This document shows positions 52,860-64,000 of a stretch of DNA of 64,000 nucleotides, one piece after another. Under the pieces are notes generated by a model. The model was not told the DNA's origin and made no database searches. It worked only from the letters and a program-made list of their open reading frames with translations. This DNA comes from Mytilus edulis (taxonomy: Eukaryota), in NCBI RefSeq assembly GCF_963676685.1, contig NC_092346.1, positions 94,054,001-94,118,000 on the forward strand, read 5' to 3'. Each line of letters starts with the position of its first letter. Within the stretch, counting starts at the first letter, position 1. The position numbers and the translations under genes are program-made.

Positions 52860-55800
52860 CAACTCAAACGAGTATAAATTATTTAATGAATAAAACAACA
52901 CATACATAGGATAGGTGTGCCTACAGCTGTAGCAGCCTTTAATATTAACTTTACATTCAATATGATTCTCAAACTAATTTATAAAAGTCCTTCTCTTTAA
53001 ATTCAGGCACACTACCAATCCAATCATACAATAGGACAGTTATATACAGTAACACAATCAAAAAAGGAAAAATTCATATTAATATGATGTAATATATGCA
53101 TATACTCCCATTGACGATAACCATCTCACAAAAGAGGGAGTGGGTGGGTAACCATAATAACGAATGCTGCTACGTTGAACTATAGGCAAACTTCGAATAA
53201 CTTAATTTTCTTAAACTAACTCCTTAAATAATACTTAATCATGCTTTTCACGAAAATCATGAGGGAATATACCCGTAAAACCGGCAATACGGGTATATGC
53301 CATCCAATCACATTGAACGTAAACACACAACTCAAACGAATATAAATCATTTAATAAATAAAACCATACATAAATAGGATAATTGTGTCTACAACTGTAG
53401 CAGCCTTTCGAAAGACAAAGAAAGCCAAGTAGATATGAACAAAGAGTAATACATATATAAAGTATATTTATGAAAATTATATTCCCAAACTTTTAGACAC
53501 TGTCAGTTTTTCTTTTATAGCCATCTTTTGCTTTATCTGAAGCCCATCTACCATGCTTCTTAAATAATCTATCATGAATGCCAGCTGATGCAGCTGCAGT
53601 AGCTCCATCTGATCTCAAGCTATGTAATCCAAATTTGGACTTATCTAAACCAACAGATTCAAGAGCTGATAATATAATTTCTCTTACTCTAGTATATGAT
53701 AAAGGTTTAAGACCTCTCAGTTTATAAGATTTAAATTTTTTACATAAATACATGGATCTAAATATATAATCTGAAGATGATGCGTCAAAATTGGATAATA
53801 ATAAATATTTCTCTAACATACTAACAGGGCATGTTTGTGTATCTGTTCTAGCAATTAAAACCTGTGTGCCTTCTCTATAATGATTAGTTTAGCTTTTCTG
53901 TATGAGCAAAGAGACATGTGTATCAGTAAAATTTAAATCAGATCTTTTTAAATTTACCATTTCAGAAAATTTTAAAACCCTGCATAGCTAATAAGACACA
54001 TACAACAAATTCTAATTTCTATAAGATTGTTCCATTCTTGACCATATTTAAAAACAATTTTCATTAAAATATCTGGTGTAATTGGTTCTTTTTTATTTAC
54101 AATAACATGTCCAATCTTTCTATGAGCTCCTTCTTTAACCGATATACACAACACGGATTGGGATAGCCAGCTAGTTTATGAGCCCAGCTTATGGAATAAT
54201 ATGCTTCTTCAACCTTAGCATACGAATTAAATGTCTTTGATAAGTGTATTAAGTACAATGAAACATAAAAATCTGAAGCTGGTAAAGGTTAACACAAGAA
54301 TAGTTATTACACCACTTACAGAAATTGTTAAATGCATATGAATATTTTCTTTTGGTATTCTCGGCCTTGGAACGCAGACAGAACTCAGGTAGGATAATTA
54401 GATAAAGATGACAAATCTTGGTCGACTGGCTTAGGCAAGGATTTCCATACTCCACATGAAAAATATCTGAAAAACGTGCATATGAAATAGAAATATAATC
54501 TAAAATACTACTAGCTTACAATATATTTAAATGACCTTGCCAGATTTATTTTCCACACTGGCCATGTCAGTGAGACCTTGCCTATTTAATTTGGCCTTGT
54601 CATCAACATACGACCTTGCCAATACATTGGCCTTGTCTTTACTATGCGACCTTGCCAATACATTGGCCTTGTCTTTACTATTCGACCTTGCTGAACAGCC
54701 TTGTCGGAAATTCTTACAACAACTCAGCGCGTTCAATCTTATAGCTAGAACACTAGAAACGAATTCAGTAGATCCCAGCAAGAACTTATTATTCATACCA
54801 TGAATAAAAATGTTCTGATTTGGTTGAAACTCTAAAACATCAATTACATATAGCCTTTGTTAGTCTTGTATTATTTTAATTTTAGTTTCTTGTGTACAAT
54901 TTTGAAATTAGTATGGCGCTCATTATCACTGAACTAGTATATATTTGTTTAGGGGCCAGCTGAAGGACGCCTCCGGGTGCGGGAATTTCTCGCTACATTG
55001 AAGATCTGTTGGTGACCTTCTGCTGTTGTTTTTTTCTATGGTCGGGTTGTTGTCTCTTTGGCACATTCCCCATTTCCATTCTCAATTTTATTGCAAATGC
55101 GAACCTCTTTTAAAAATCATTGTCCAAAATGACGAGGAATGCCACTTTGGAACTATCAAAGTGCCTTTAGCCTTACATAAAATCCAATGTTTAATTGCTC
55201 TACAGACAACAGAAATTGGAGGAACAATCCAGTTAACTTCATTATTTCAATTTTGCGTGAACGCATCAACTGCTTCAACACCTGGATTCCAGAATTTAGA
55301 ATTATACCTGCGTAATGTTTTATTTAAATAACTCGCAAACTTGTCCACAGTATGCGGACCCCACATATCATCTATAAATTAAAAAAAAATCTATGCTTGT
55401 TCCCCAGTCTCCTATATCAATCATTTTTGAAATATAATCAGCTTTAGTATTTTCAGATCTCGGGATCCAAACAACATCTAACGTAATATTCAATTCAGAA
55501 CTCAACTTAAAAATATTCATAGCTATCTCTTGTACTTTTGTACTTCCTTTCTGAACAATGAAAACACAGTTATTATTATCTGTATGCCATTTAACACATT
55601 TATTTCTTAAACGATTTTTAAACGACATCAATGCCAACAAAATGGCTTGAAGTTCTCTCCATGTAGAACTCTGTAAGGACTCTTGTAAAGTCCACATCTG
55701 ATGAAAAATATTAAAGTCAATACCTATCGAGTAAGCACCAGCAGCTACATTACTAGCATCAGAATATACAACCACGTGGGGAAAAGAATAACCTGCTTAA

Positions 55801-56790
55801 TGTTTTCTGTTCAATCTTAGAATGTTATTCAGCCAAAATGAGAGCTCATTGAATACACAATCGGGACATTCCAATATTTACTTTAAATCCCACTTTACTC
55901 TGTTTTCAATAGCCCAGTGTAAATGACGGGTCATTAAATTAGTTATGTTATCCATGACTGGACACATAGAAATTATCTTTCCCGTTACCTGAGCCAATTT
56001 ACGTGCTGTGAAATAAGGAAAGTTATTCAAAACATCAACCAATGATGGTAGGGTATTTTCAATCCGTCTATCTGATATTCAGACGAATTCCAAACTAAAC
56101 CTAACCACTCTAAACATTGGACTGGTTCAAAAATAGATTTGTCCATGTTAATAAGAAACCCTTCTTCTAACAAAGACGTTTTTACAATCATTCGGAATCT
56201 TCTTGTTTATTTTTACCCATTCCAAGTCCATCATCTAAGTAAAGTACAATATCTACGCCATTTTCTCGCCAGTATTTTACGATTGGATGTAAACATTTAG
56301 TGAATAGATATGGAGCAGATGAAAGACCAAAGGCTAACACTGTAAAACAGAAAAAATTGTTGTTCCAGCAAAATCCTAAATATGTTTGTTGTTTAGTACA
56401 TACGTCATAATGAAAATAACCAGACTTAAGATCAAACTTAATTGATAGCAATCTTTTCTGAAATAGTTTAAAGCAACTTTCCAGTCTTCAAATGTTTTCT
56501 TTTTTAATAAAAACCTTCAAGTCACTTAAATCCAAAATCAGACGTTTTTTGCCCGAACTTTGAACTTCAACACTAACCGGATTTACAACAAATGGTTGAA
56601 ATGGAGTTTCAATAACACATCCGATATTAAGTAAGTCGAAATTCTAAAATTCTAGATGTAGGAGTCTGTAAAAAAGGAATAACGTACCCATTTCTGCTAG
56701 TATGTATAACAAATTCATTAGCACCTATATGTTTCCAAAATTGTATATGCTTGCGTAAACTATATTTACGGAACTAAACTCATTTATTCA
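52860..56790 (-). mobile_element. Decayed tyrosine-recombinase retrotransposon (DIRS order, PAT-like): RT, RNase H, methyltransferase, YR
   Basis: FDLKSGY/FGLSSAP/YLDD (56188-56451); YSDAS/STWREL/TDN/ADYIS (55368-55775); VDKFAS..VDAF..PP..IVPKW methyltransferase (~55100-55360); HSLRSDGATAA..HGRW YR (53493-54455); direct repeats 52862-52940 and 53331-53408. Confidence 0.85.
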
Positions 56791-57425
56791 AAAACCAGTT
56801 GTTGGCATGACACGGGTTATGTTCTTCTCATATATGTTATGATGGTATGATACTCAACCTCTAACGGGAAGGATTGTGCCTGATGTTCATATGATGAAAT
56901 CATAATCTTTCAGTCAGTTTAATTGAAGTCTGGAGCTGGCATGTCAGTTAACTGCTAGTAGTCTGTTATTATTTATGTATTATTGTCATTTTGTTTATTT
57001 TCTTTGGTTACATATATATGCATATTCTGACATTAGACTCGGACTTCTCTTGAACTGAATTTTAATGTGCGTATTGTTATGCGTTTACTTTTCTACATTG
57101 GCTACAGGTATAGGAGGAGGGTTGAGATCTCACAAACATGTTTAACCCCGCCGCATTTTTGCGCCTGTCCCAAGTCAGGAGCCTCTGGCCTTTGTTAGTC
57201 TTGTATTATTTTAATTTTAGTTTCTTGTGTACAATTTGGAAATTAGTATGACGTTCATTATCACTGAACTAGTATATATTTGTTTAGGGGCCAGCTGAAG
57301 GACGCCTCCGGGTGCGGGAATTTCTCGCTACATTGAAGACCTGTTGGTGACCTTCTGCTGTTGTTTTTTTCAATGGTCGGGTCGTTGTCGTTTGGCTCAT
57401 TCCCCATTTCCATTCTCAATTTTAT
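56790..57425 (+). repeat. Interspersed repeat (longer copy); its 3' part also interrupts the DIRS element at 54851-55090
   Basis: GCCTTTGTTAGTCTTG...GGGGCCAGCTGAAGGACGCC...CTCAATTTTA near-identical in both copies. Confidence 0.7.
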
Positions 57426-57712
57426 TCACCCCTTTTGCAACAGATGAAATATCAATATTATCAAAATATTTTGCATGTGACATAAACAGTTCAAACTGTC
57501 CGTAAAGATTACTTTCATCTAAAAAAGTAGTATAAAAAAACATATCATTAATTATGTTGCCTTGTTGTCCCTGGGACATCTGATTTTGAACTAAAAAGGG
57601 GGCACCGAGTTCGCCAGTGACCAAGATGGTTGCAGTTGAAATAGGTTTGAATATTACAATGGGAAAGAATAATTTTGTAAGGTCACTCGAAAGTGTGAAT
57701 ATGTTCTAAATT

Positions 57713-57809
57713 GGTCAGACAATAATTGGTCATGTTTTATGAAGATTTAAGCCCTCGGCTTCGCCTTTGCCTTGAATCTTCATAAAACATGACCAGATAT
57801 TGTCTAACC
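57713..57809. repeat. ~97-bp fold-back palindrome
   Basis: GGTCAGACAATA..TGGTCATGTTTTATGAAGATT / AATCTTCATAAAACATGACCA..TATTGTCTAACC around a GGCTTCGCC loop. Confidence 0.8.
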
Positions 57810-58228
57810 TATACGTAAAGTATCTATAAAAAGATCTTCCTGTTTGTACTATAATGAAAACAATTTCTCGATTGTCTTTCGGGTACAATAGCTTGAATGA
57901 AGCTTTTAATTCTCTTTCTTGGAAAAAGCTTTAGAATTTGAGGGAATTCGAGGAAGTCTCGAATGAAATCAAATATTCCTTATATAACCTAAAACATACA
58001 TTTCCCTAATGTTAGAACAACAAAACAATGGCCGAGAATGATTCTTCTAAAGTATGAATTAAGCCAAAAGATTCAAAAAAAAGTGTGACATATGAACACC
58101 AAAATAAGAGTGTTGTTAAATATCAAAAGCAGGATATATTTTTTTTATTGTAAGCAAATGAATTGATAAAGATGAAACTATCTTACTATAAAACAACAAC
58201 ATTAAATATCTTTCTTCTAATCTGATAC

Positions 58229-60489
58229 TTAATGATCAACAGAAGCTCTAAAAACTCCAATTATATTTGAATTTTTTGAGTTATAAACGTAAGAACTCTC
58301 TGACGCATGCATACTTATTAAATCGTTCTTCTTCAATTTAATTGGAAGGAAGATTCTACTAGTACTATACCTTCGTCTTCTTTGGGGAATATGAATTGCT
58401 CTTTCTGAGATGATAATAGTTAAGTTTCAGACTTTAGCTGTACACAACGAGTGACCTCTGAATCCATTGTCGACATTTTATACCATGTTTACTGTAGACA
58501 CGCGTATAAGTAGTAAATGCCTTCTTTAGGAATTACTACTCCGGTTGTAATGTTATTGCCTTGTGCTCGTATTAACGTTTTTGTTGTCTTTTGAGTATTG
58601 GATCTGAAATAGGAAAATTATATTCAACATTATTAAGGTGAAAATGTAAATATTTTTTAAAAAATGTATGGCTTTAATCATTTACATTCTTATGTATAAC
58701 ATATATGCGAAAAAGATGGTGAAAAATAATAAAACAAAACAGTTCCTGGTAAATGAAAATCAAGAAAAGCCCTTTGGACGCAAAAGATTTATATCTTGTT
58801 GTGTTAATTGTTTCTTTGAAAAACACTGACATTGACTTTAGCGTTAGTACAATGTATATCATTAGAAGTAAAACTGTATACGCATACATGGCACCGCCGT
58901 CTATATTCTTTAGCTCGTTCAAATAAACATATTTCAGAATGAAAATTATGTTGTTCCTTACATTGCATTATTTTATTGCTGTAAATACATGTAAAGTTAC
59001 ATATACGCTACGTTGATTTTCTTTATTTATATACTAAGAAACCTTAAATGATACAATCTTATACTTGTCTATTTTTGACTATTGTGAAATCTGTTTTCGT
59101 TTCTATTTCTAACTGTCTGATCGTATTTTTCATATGTGAAAGCATTAAGCAGCCAACTATCATTTACAAACCTGTGTTAGGTGCTGAGTATTCCCCTTTA
59201 ATCAGCAAGGAAACTGTTAGGTTCTTTAGTCTTTCTTTACCAGTATACAAATTGGTATGGTTGGCTGTTTTGTTTTTTGTAAAGAGGACATGTTGACCTG
59301 AAATCTGTTTGCAAGTTATTTAATCTTTCCTGAACAGATTCCTTAATTATTTAAAAAGAAACCGTATATGTAAAATGTAACCAAACACCTGAATTTCAGT
59401 CTAAAAATAAGCTCTTTCTGGTATAATTTTTAGAGGTTCAATCTTTTTCTTGGTGTATTTCATTTTGCTGTGATACAAATTTACACATTAAAGATTATTG
59501 AAAATAGATAACATTATTTTATTTTATAATATACGAAAATATGATAATCTCAAATAGATGTATTGTATTTATTTGATAAATACTTATTAATTTTGTACAT
59601 CTATTATTAAAAAAAGTGATTGGCAGTACAGTAACGACGGGTGTCAAAGATAACGAATTCCGAAATAAAGGATGTTAAACAGATCAATATATCCTACTAA
59701 GAAGGGATACTAACGAAAAATAACTGACGAGATAAATTAAATTTCTTGAACCAACAGGCGAAGGAATTTGCTTCCCAGGAATTAAAAAAAAAAACGAATG
59801 TCAAAAGGAATGGTAAATTGAGATTTCCCATTCAATTACATGTGATTACTTTAGAAACGTGACAAACAATTACAGTGAAAACAAAACACAAATAGCTTAA
59901 CGTCTCCGTGGATACCATGGATAACATACTCGTGCAAGTATATGACTGAGTTGAAACATAAAGATAATCTTTAGATGAAGGAAAAACACAAATATAACAC
60001 ACCAGCTACCAACGAATTAATATCTAGCATACTTATTTATTTAGTATTATTACTTTTCATGAATCGTTTTATTATTGATGTGTATATTTTTTTTTATCGA
60101 GAGAACTTTGGTTTTCTATGTTGTACAAATCCGACTTAAATCACTTTTATTTGTCAATCTATAATATAAGGTATAACTACACTAAAAATGTGTAATCAAA
60201 ATGAAGGACAGACACTAATGATACTATGAAGCACTGTACAGCGTCGATGTCATTAATAGCATGGGACGACATACATATGTGATATGCATCCTCCTGTGTT
60301 TTTTTCTAGTTTTATGTTTTGTACTTTGTAACGTTGAATGATTGAGATTATGGCACATACAGCGATCACTATACAGCAAAATACGACACAGTTAATTATT
60401 ATTCCAATTCTATAATGGCAATGTTGACGATATTGTTTTGGGATATGTATTATTTCTTCTGTTTCATTATAGCCAGAATTCATATTCAT
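58229..60489 (-). pseudogene. TNF-superfamily ligand copy B, frameshifted. Exons ~60230-60489, 59172-59297, 58229-58603
   Basis: High identity to copy A; net +4 nt in exon 1 (~60290-60306) and 1-bp deletions in the last exon (~58425, ~58600). Confidence 0.75.
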
Positions 60490-60545
60490 TTAGAGTGAGA
60501 CAGTAATTTATATTATATAACAAATGGGCGACATCGAGACATGTT

Positions 60546-60555
60546 GGAATTTCCC
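60546..60555 (-). promoter_or_regulatory. Candidate NF-kB/Rel site upstream of TNF copy B
   Basis: GGGAAATTCC on the minus strand. Confidence 0.5.
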
Positions 60556-60834
60556 ATTATATAAATATCGCCAGCTCATAGAAAAGTTAATATAACTTAC
60601 TGAGTGTTTTTTTTTTTGCGGTGTAAATATCCTTTTAAAATAGTTTCATCAGAATTATATACTTCAATAAGTCTTATTTTATTTTAAGAAGTGTTTAAAG
60701 GAAGTTAAAATTAAGATTAATCATATTTTTCGTGACATTGTTTCTAATCGGAGTAATTTAGTGGTTTTATTTGACATGCATATCCGTGCGCATGTGTATT
60801 ATTAAACGGATGAGTTCAAATAATAAATTAAAAA

Positions 60835-61310
60835 AAAATATCTTAGATATAAAAAAGAAGTTAAAAAGGCCGAATGAATACGAACTTGAAGAGCATTGAG
60901 AACCAAAAATTCCAAAAATTGTTGCCAAACACAGTTAAGGTAATCTATTCTTGAGGTAGAAACGCCTGATTATTTCAAAAAATCAAAAAAGTTTTGTAAA
61001 CAATTAATTTATAAATTTGACCATATCAGTGATATCTCATGTCAACAGAGAAGTGCTGACTACCTGGCTGGTGATACCCTTCGGGTATGAATAAAAATTT
61101 CACCAGCAGGTGCATCGACCCAGTGGTTGTAAATAAACTCATCATATATACCAGGATAAAAATTTTGTATTTGCACAAGACGCGCGTTTCGTCCTCAAAA
61201 GGCTAATCAGTGACGTTCGAAATCAAAAGAGTAAAAAAGCCTTAATAAAGTACGAAGTTCAATAGCACTGAGGAATACAATTTTTTGCCAAATACAACTA
61301 GGGTAATCTA
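60835..61310 (-). mobile_element. Retrozyme-like repeat with degenerate hammerhead (paralog of 13740-14218 and 39484-39962)
   Basis: GACGCGCGTTTCGTCC...CTAATCAGTGACG at ~61178-61215; core mutated to CTGATTA. Confidence 0.65.
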
Positions 61311-64000
61311 TGTGTTTGTTATACATTTTCGAACCATATAATCATAATAGATGTTTTTTTTTTCTCATTTGTATATATAAACATCATGAAAAACTGGAAG
61401 TGTATTACAAGTTAGACTAAAGATGCCTCCCCAATTTTTGGTTGGGTTCATGTCGTTACGTGTATGGTTTCCTACGTTGTGTTTTGTGTATTTTTGTGGT
61501 CTGTTTGCCTTTTACTTTTTTAGCCATGACGTTGTTTGTTTATTTGGGATTGAAAGCTTTTATTTTACTCATACCACTATTATGTGTCAAAGAAAATTCC
61601 ATGACGTTGGTTGATGACTTTATATTTATAAAAAATGTATAGACGAAAGATACAAAAATGTATAGATGAAAGAAAAATGTCTATACATGTCGATAAACAA
61701 AAACCAATAAGACGTTTTTTTTTCGGCATATGAGTTTTGAATATCTGTTCCTGCTTAATTAACTTATCTTTCTACTTTCAGTCCATAGACTTACCTACCC
61801 ATTTTGAATTTACATTGGTGCTCGCTACTTTTGTAATTATATTTCATTTCCTAACCACCTACTATGATTCTCAAGTACTCGTCTTTTGATGAATCATTTG
61901 GGTTTTCAGTCTCTTACAGTATCTCTCACTAATAAGTGATGATATAATACTAATGAGAAAGTATTTCACATTAATTTTTATTTTTTGTTTAGTAAAGGGT
62001 AAAAAGTAAAATCACAAAAATACTGAGCTTATAGGAAAATCAATTCGCAAAGTCCATAATCACATGGCAAAATTAAATAACAAAACGCATAAAAAACGAA
62101 TGGACAAGAACTGTCATATTCTCGACTTCGTACAGGCATTTTCAAATGTAGAAAATGGTGAATTAAACCTGGTTTTATAGCGTTAACCCTCTCACTTTGA
62201 TAACAGTCTCATCAAATTTCGTTATATTTACATTGATGCGTTAACTAAACAGACAAAATAAATAAGATAGTCAAAATATGGGTACATCAGTCATCATCGT
62301 ATAACAATTTTAAAAGAAACAATTTAACAGAACACAAAATCCTCAATCAATTTTAAAATTTACATAGGCAATGTAAGCGTACAGGGTTAAAAAATCAAAA
62401 GTATGTCAGAATAAATTTCAGAAATACACCCTAGATTTAAAATAGTCCAAAATTTATCTATAGAATTTATAAGAATCCCCAAATAGTTAATTCTACTATG
62501 CGATTGAATGATTTTGACGTTGGTGGTTCAACGTATTTTGTAATTGTTAATAGAAATATATCATAATGACATAATATAGAACAATATCAAACTTTCGGGA
62601 TCTTTTAAAGTACAGAGTCACGTTATAAGAACCAAAGATATACAAAAAGTCGCATATACAAAACACACCACAAACAAATGAAAGACAATACAAACACATT
62701 GACGAGATGTATAAGTACCGAGCCACGTCATGGTAAACGATACAGTTACAAGGTAGGGATAATGTCAATAATGTTAAACAGTTATTTTTCGTGACGTCAA
62801 AAGTAAAATAACAAAATAATGACTAAATGGAACTTTCAAAATGGAAAGTACCTTATCAAGTGGCCAAATCAAAAGTTCAAAACACACCAAACGAAAGAAA
62901 AACAACATAACTGTTATATTTCTGACTTGGTTCATTCATTTTTTTTATGTGCAAAATGTTGGATTAAAACATACTATTCATGACTTTAATTTAATATCTA
63001 CAATTTTAAGTTATAAGTTATGAACGTGATATGTGATCGAGTTAGTTTGACTCCTTATCGCATGTTTGCTTGACGACTAATGATACACTACAACTGTGAA
63101 CAATTTGGGTATAACTATACACATTTTAAAGCATATACTAGTAGAACATAGACAAATACAATATAAAAAACTAACAATAAATACCAAGAACAGGTTCTGT
63201 ATATTTTAATGACGGAATGTACATTAAAATCGAACGATAAGACGGTATGTTGGATATGGTCAAACAAGTTAGCCTTACACCAGATCCCAAACAGAGAAAT
63301 GTTATATTGGTTTCTTAACGTTTTCTTTCCATTCGAGACAGAGACCAGACGATGCTGCGTATTTTTACATCAATAATTTTCAAACAGAAACATGTGTTAG
63401 AAACACTTTATTAATGTTATGCGTTAATTAAATTAAAGACACCTAACCTTTAAGACACTTTTTTAAAACAGAAAATTTCTATTCGAATGCACCGCCTTTT
63501 ATCAATGAGGCAATTGCTCACTTCTCTTTCAAAATTTTAGACGTCCAAAGGTAGGTACATGTTTTAGCGGTAGTATGTGCTAGATGTTGGTAAAAGATGC
63601 AATATAAATGTTCATTGTTGTGTTAAATGTCCAACACAAAATGTAACGGAAATTGTAGTACATAAGGGTCCCTATTCTAAGTTTAATATTTTTAGAATAT
63701 TGAATCAACATGATTGATTGTAGAATATAACTATGTATGTTTGCGCAACATATGGAGCTTTGATGTCACTGCAGCAACTTCTCACCCACATCCTTTGGTG
63801 TTGACTTTTATGAAAAAACAATATCGTTTCCCTTCTTAAAGGATTCAAACGAGAGAACTATTCTTAGTATTTAGTTGGAATGAAGTACACAATGCATAAT
63901 TTGTTATTGAGTGGAACACGATTTTAATTTTTGTGAAAGTTTGACCTATCTTCAAATGAAAGTTAACAAAGTATAAGTTATAAGAAAAATGTATATAAAA

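Overview
AT-rich, intron-containing animal genomic DNA. The repeat families resemble those of a mytilid bivalve (Mytilus-like; inference). The host content is two paralogous type II membrane TNF-ligand genes on the minus strand (about 6.9-13.4 kb, and a frameshifted copy at about 58.2-60.5 kb), set in a mosaic of direct and inverted segmental duplications and transposons. The centrepiece is a young, apparently intact 10.4-kb Ty3/Gypsy LTR retrotransposon (27697-38142, minus strand, GTTG TSD, tRNA-Leu-type PBS, PPT, -1 gag-pol frameshift). It has three unusual traits: (i) a third ORF in the env position encoding a zinc-finger + TatD DNase with all metal ligands intact, (ii) a ComEA-like helix-hairpin-helix at the Gag N-terminus, and (iii) about 13 copies of a GACAGC-NNN-GCTGTC hairpin motif through its UTRs and pol. 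It is nested at the extreme 5' end of a truncated Tx1/L1-type LINE, and the empty site survives in an inverted paralog. Also present: a spliced Sola-like DDD transposase inside a TNF intron, retrozyme-like repeats with minimal type I hammerhead ribozymes, a Penelope-like RT fragment, a decayed DIRS/PAT-type tyrosine-recombinase retroelement, Helentron/HINE-like elements, a Harbinger derivative and MITEs.
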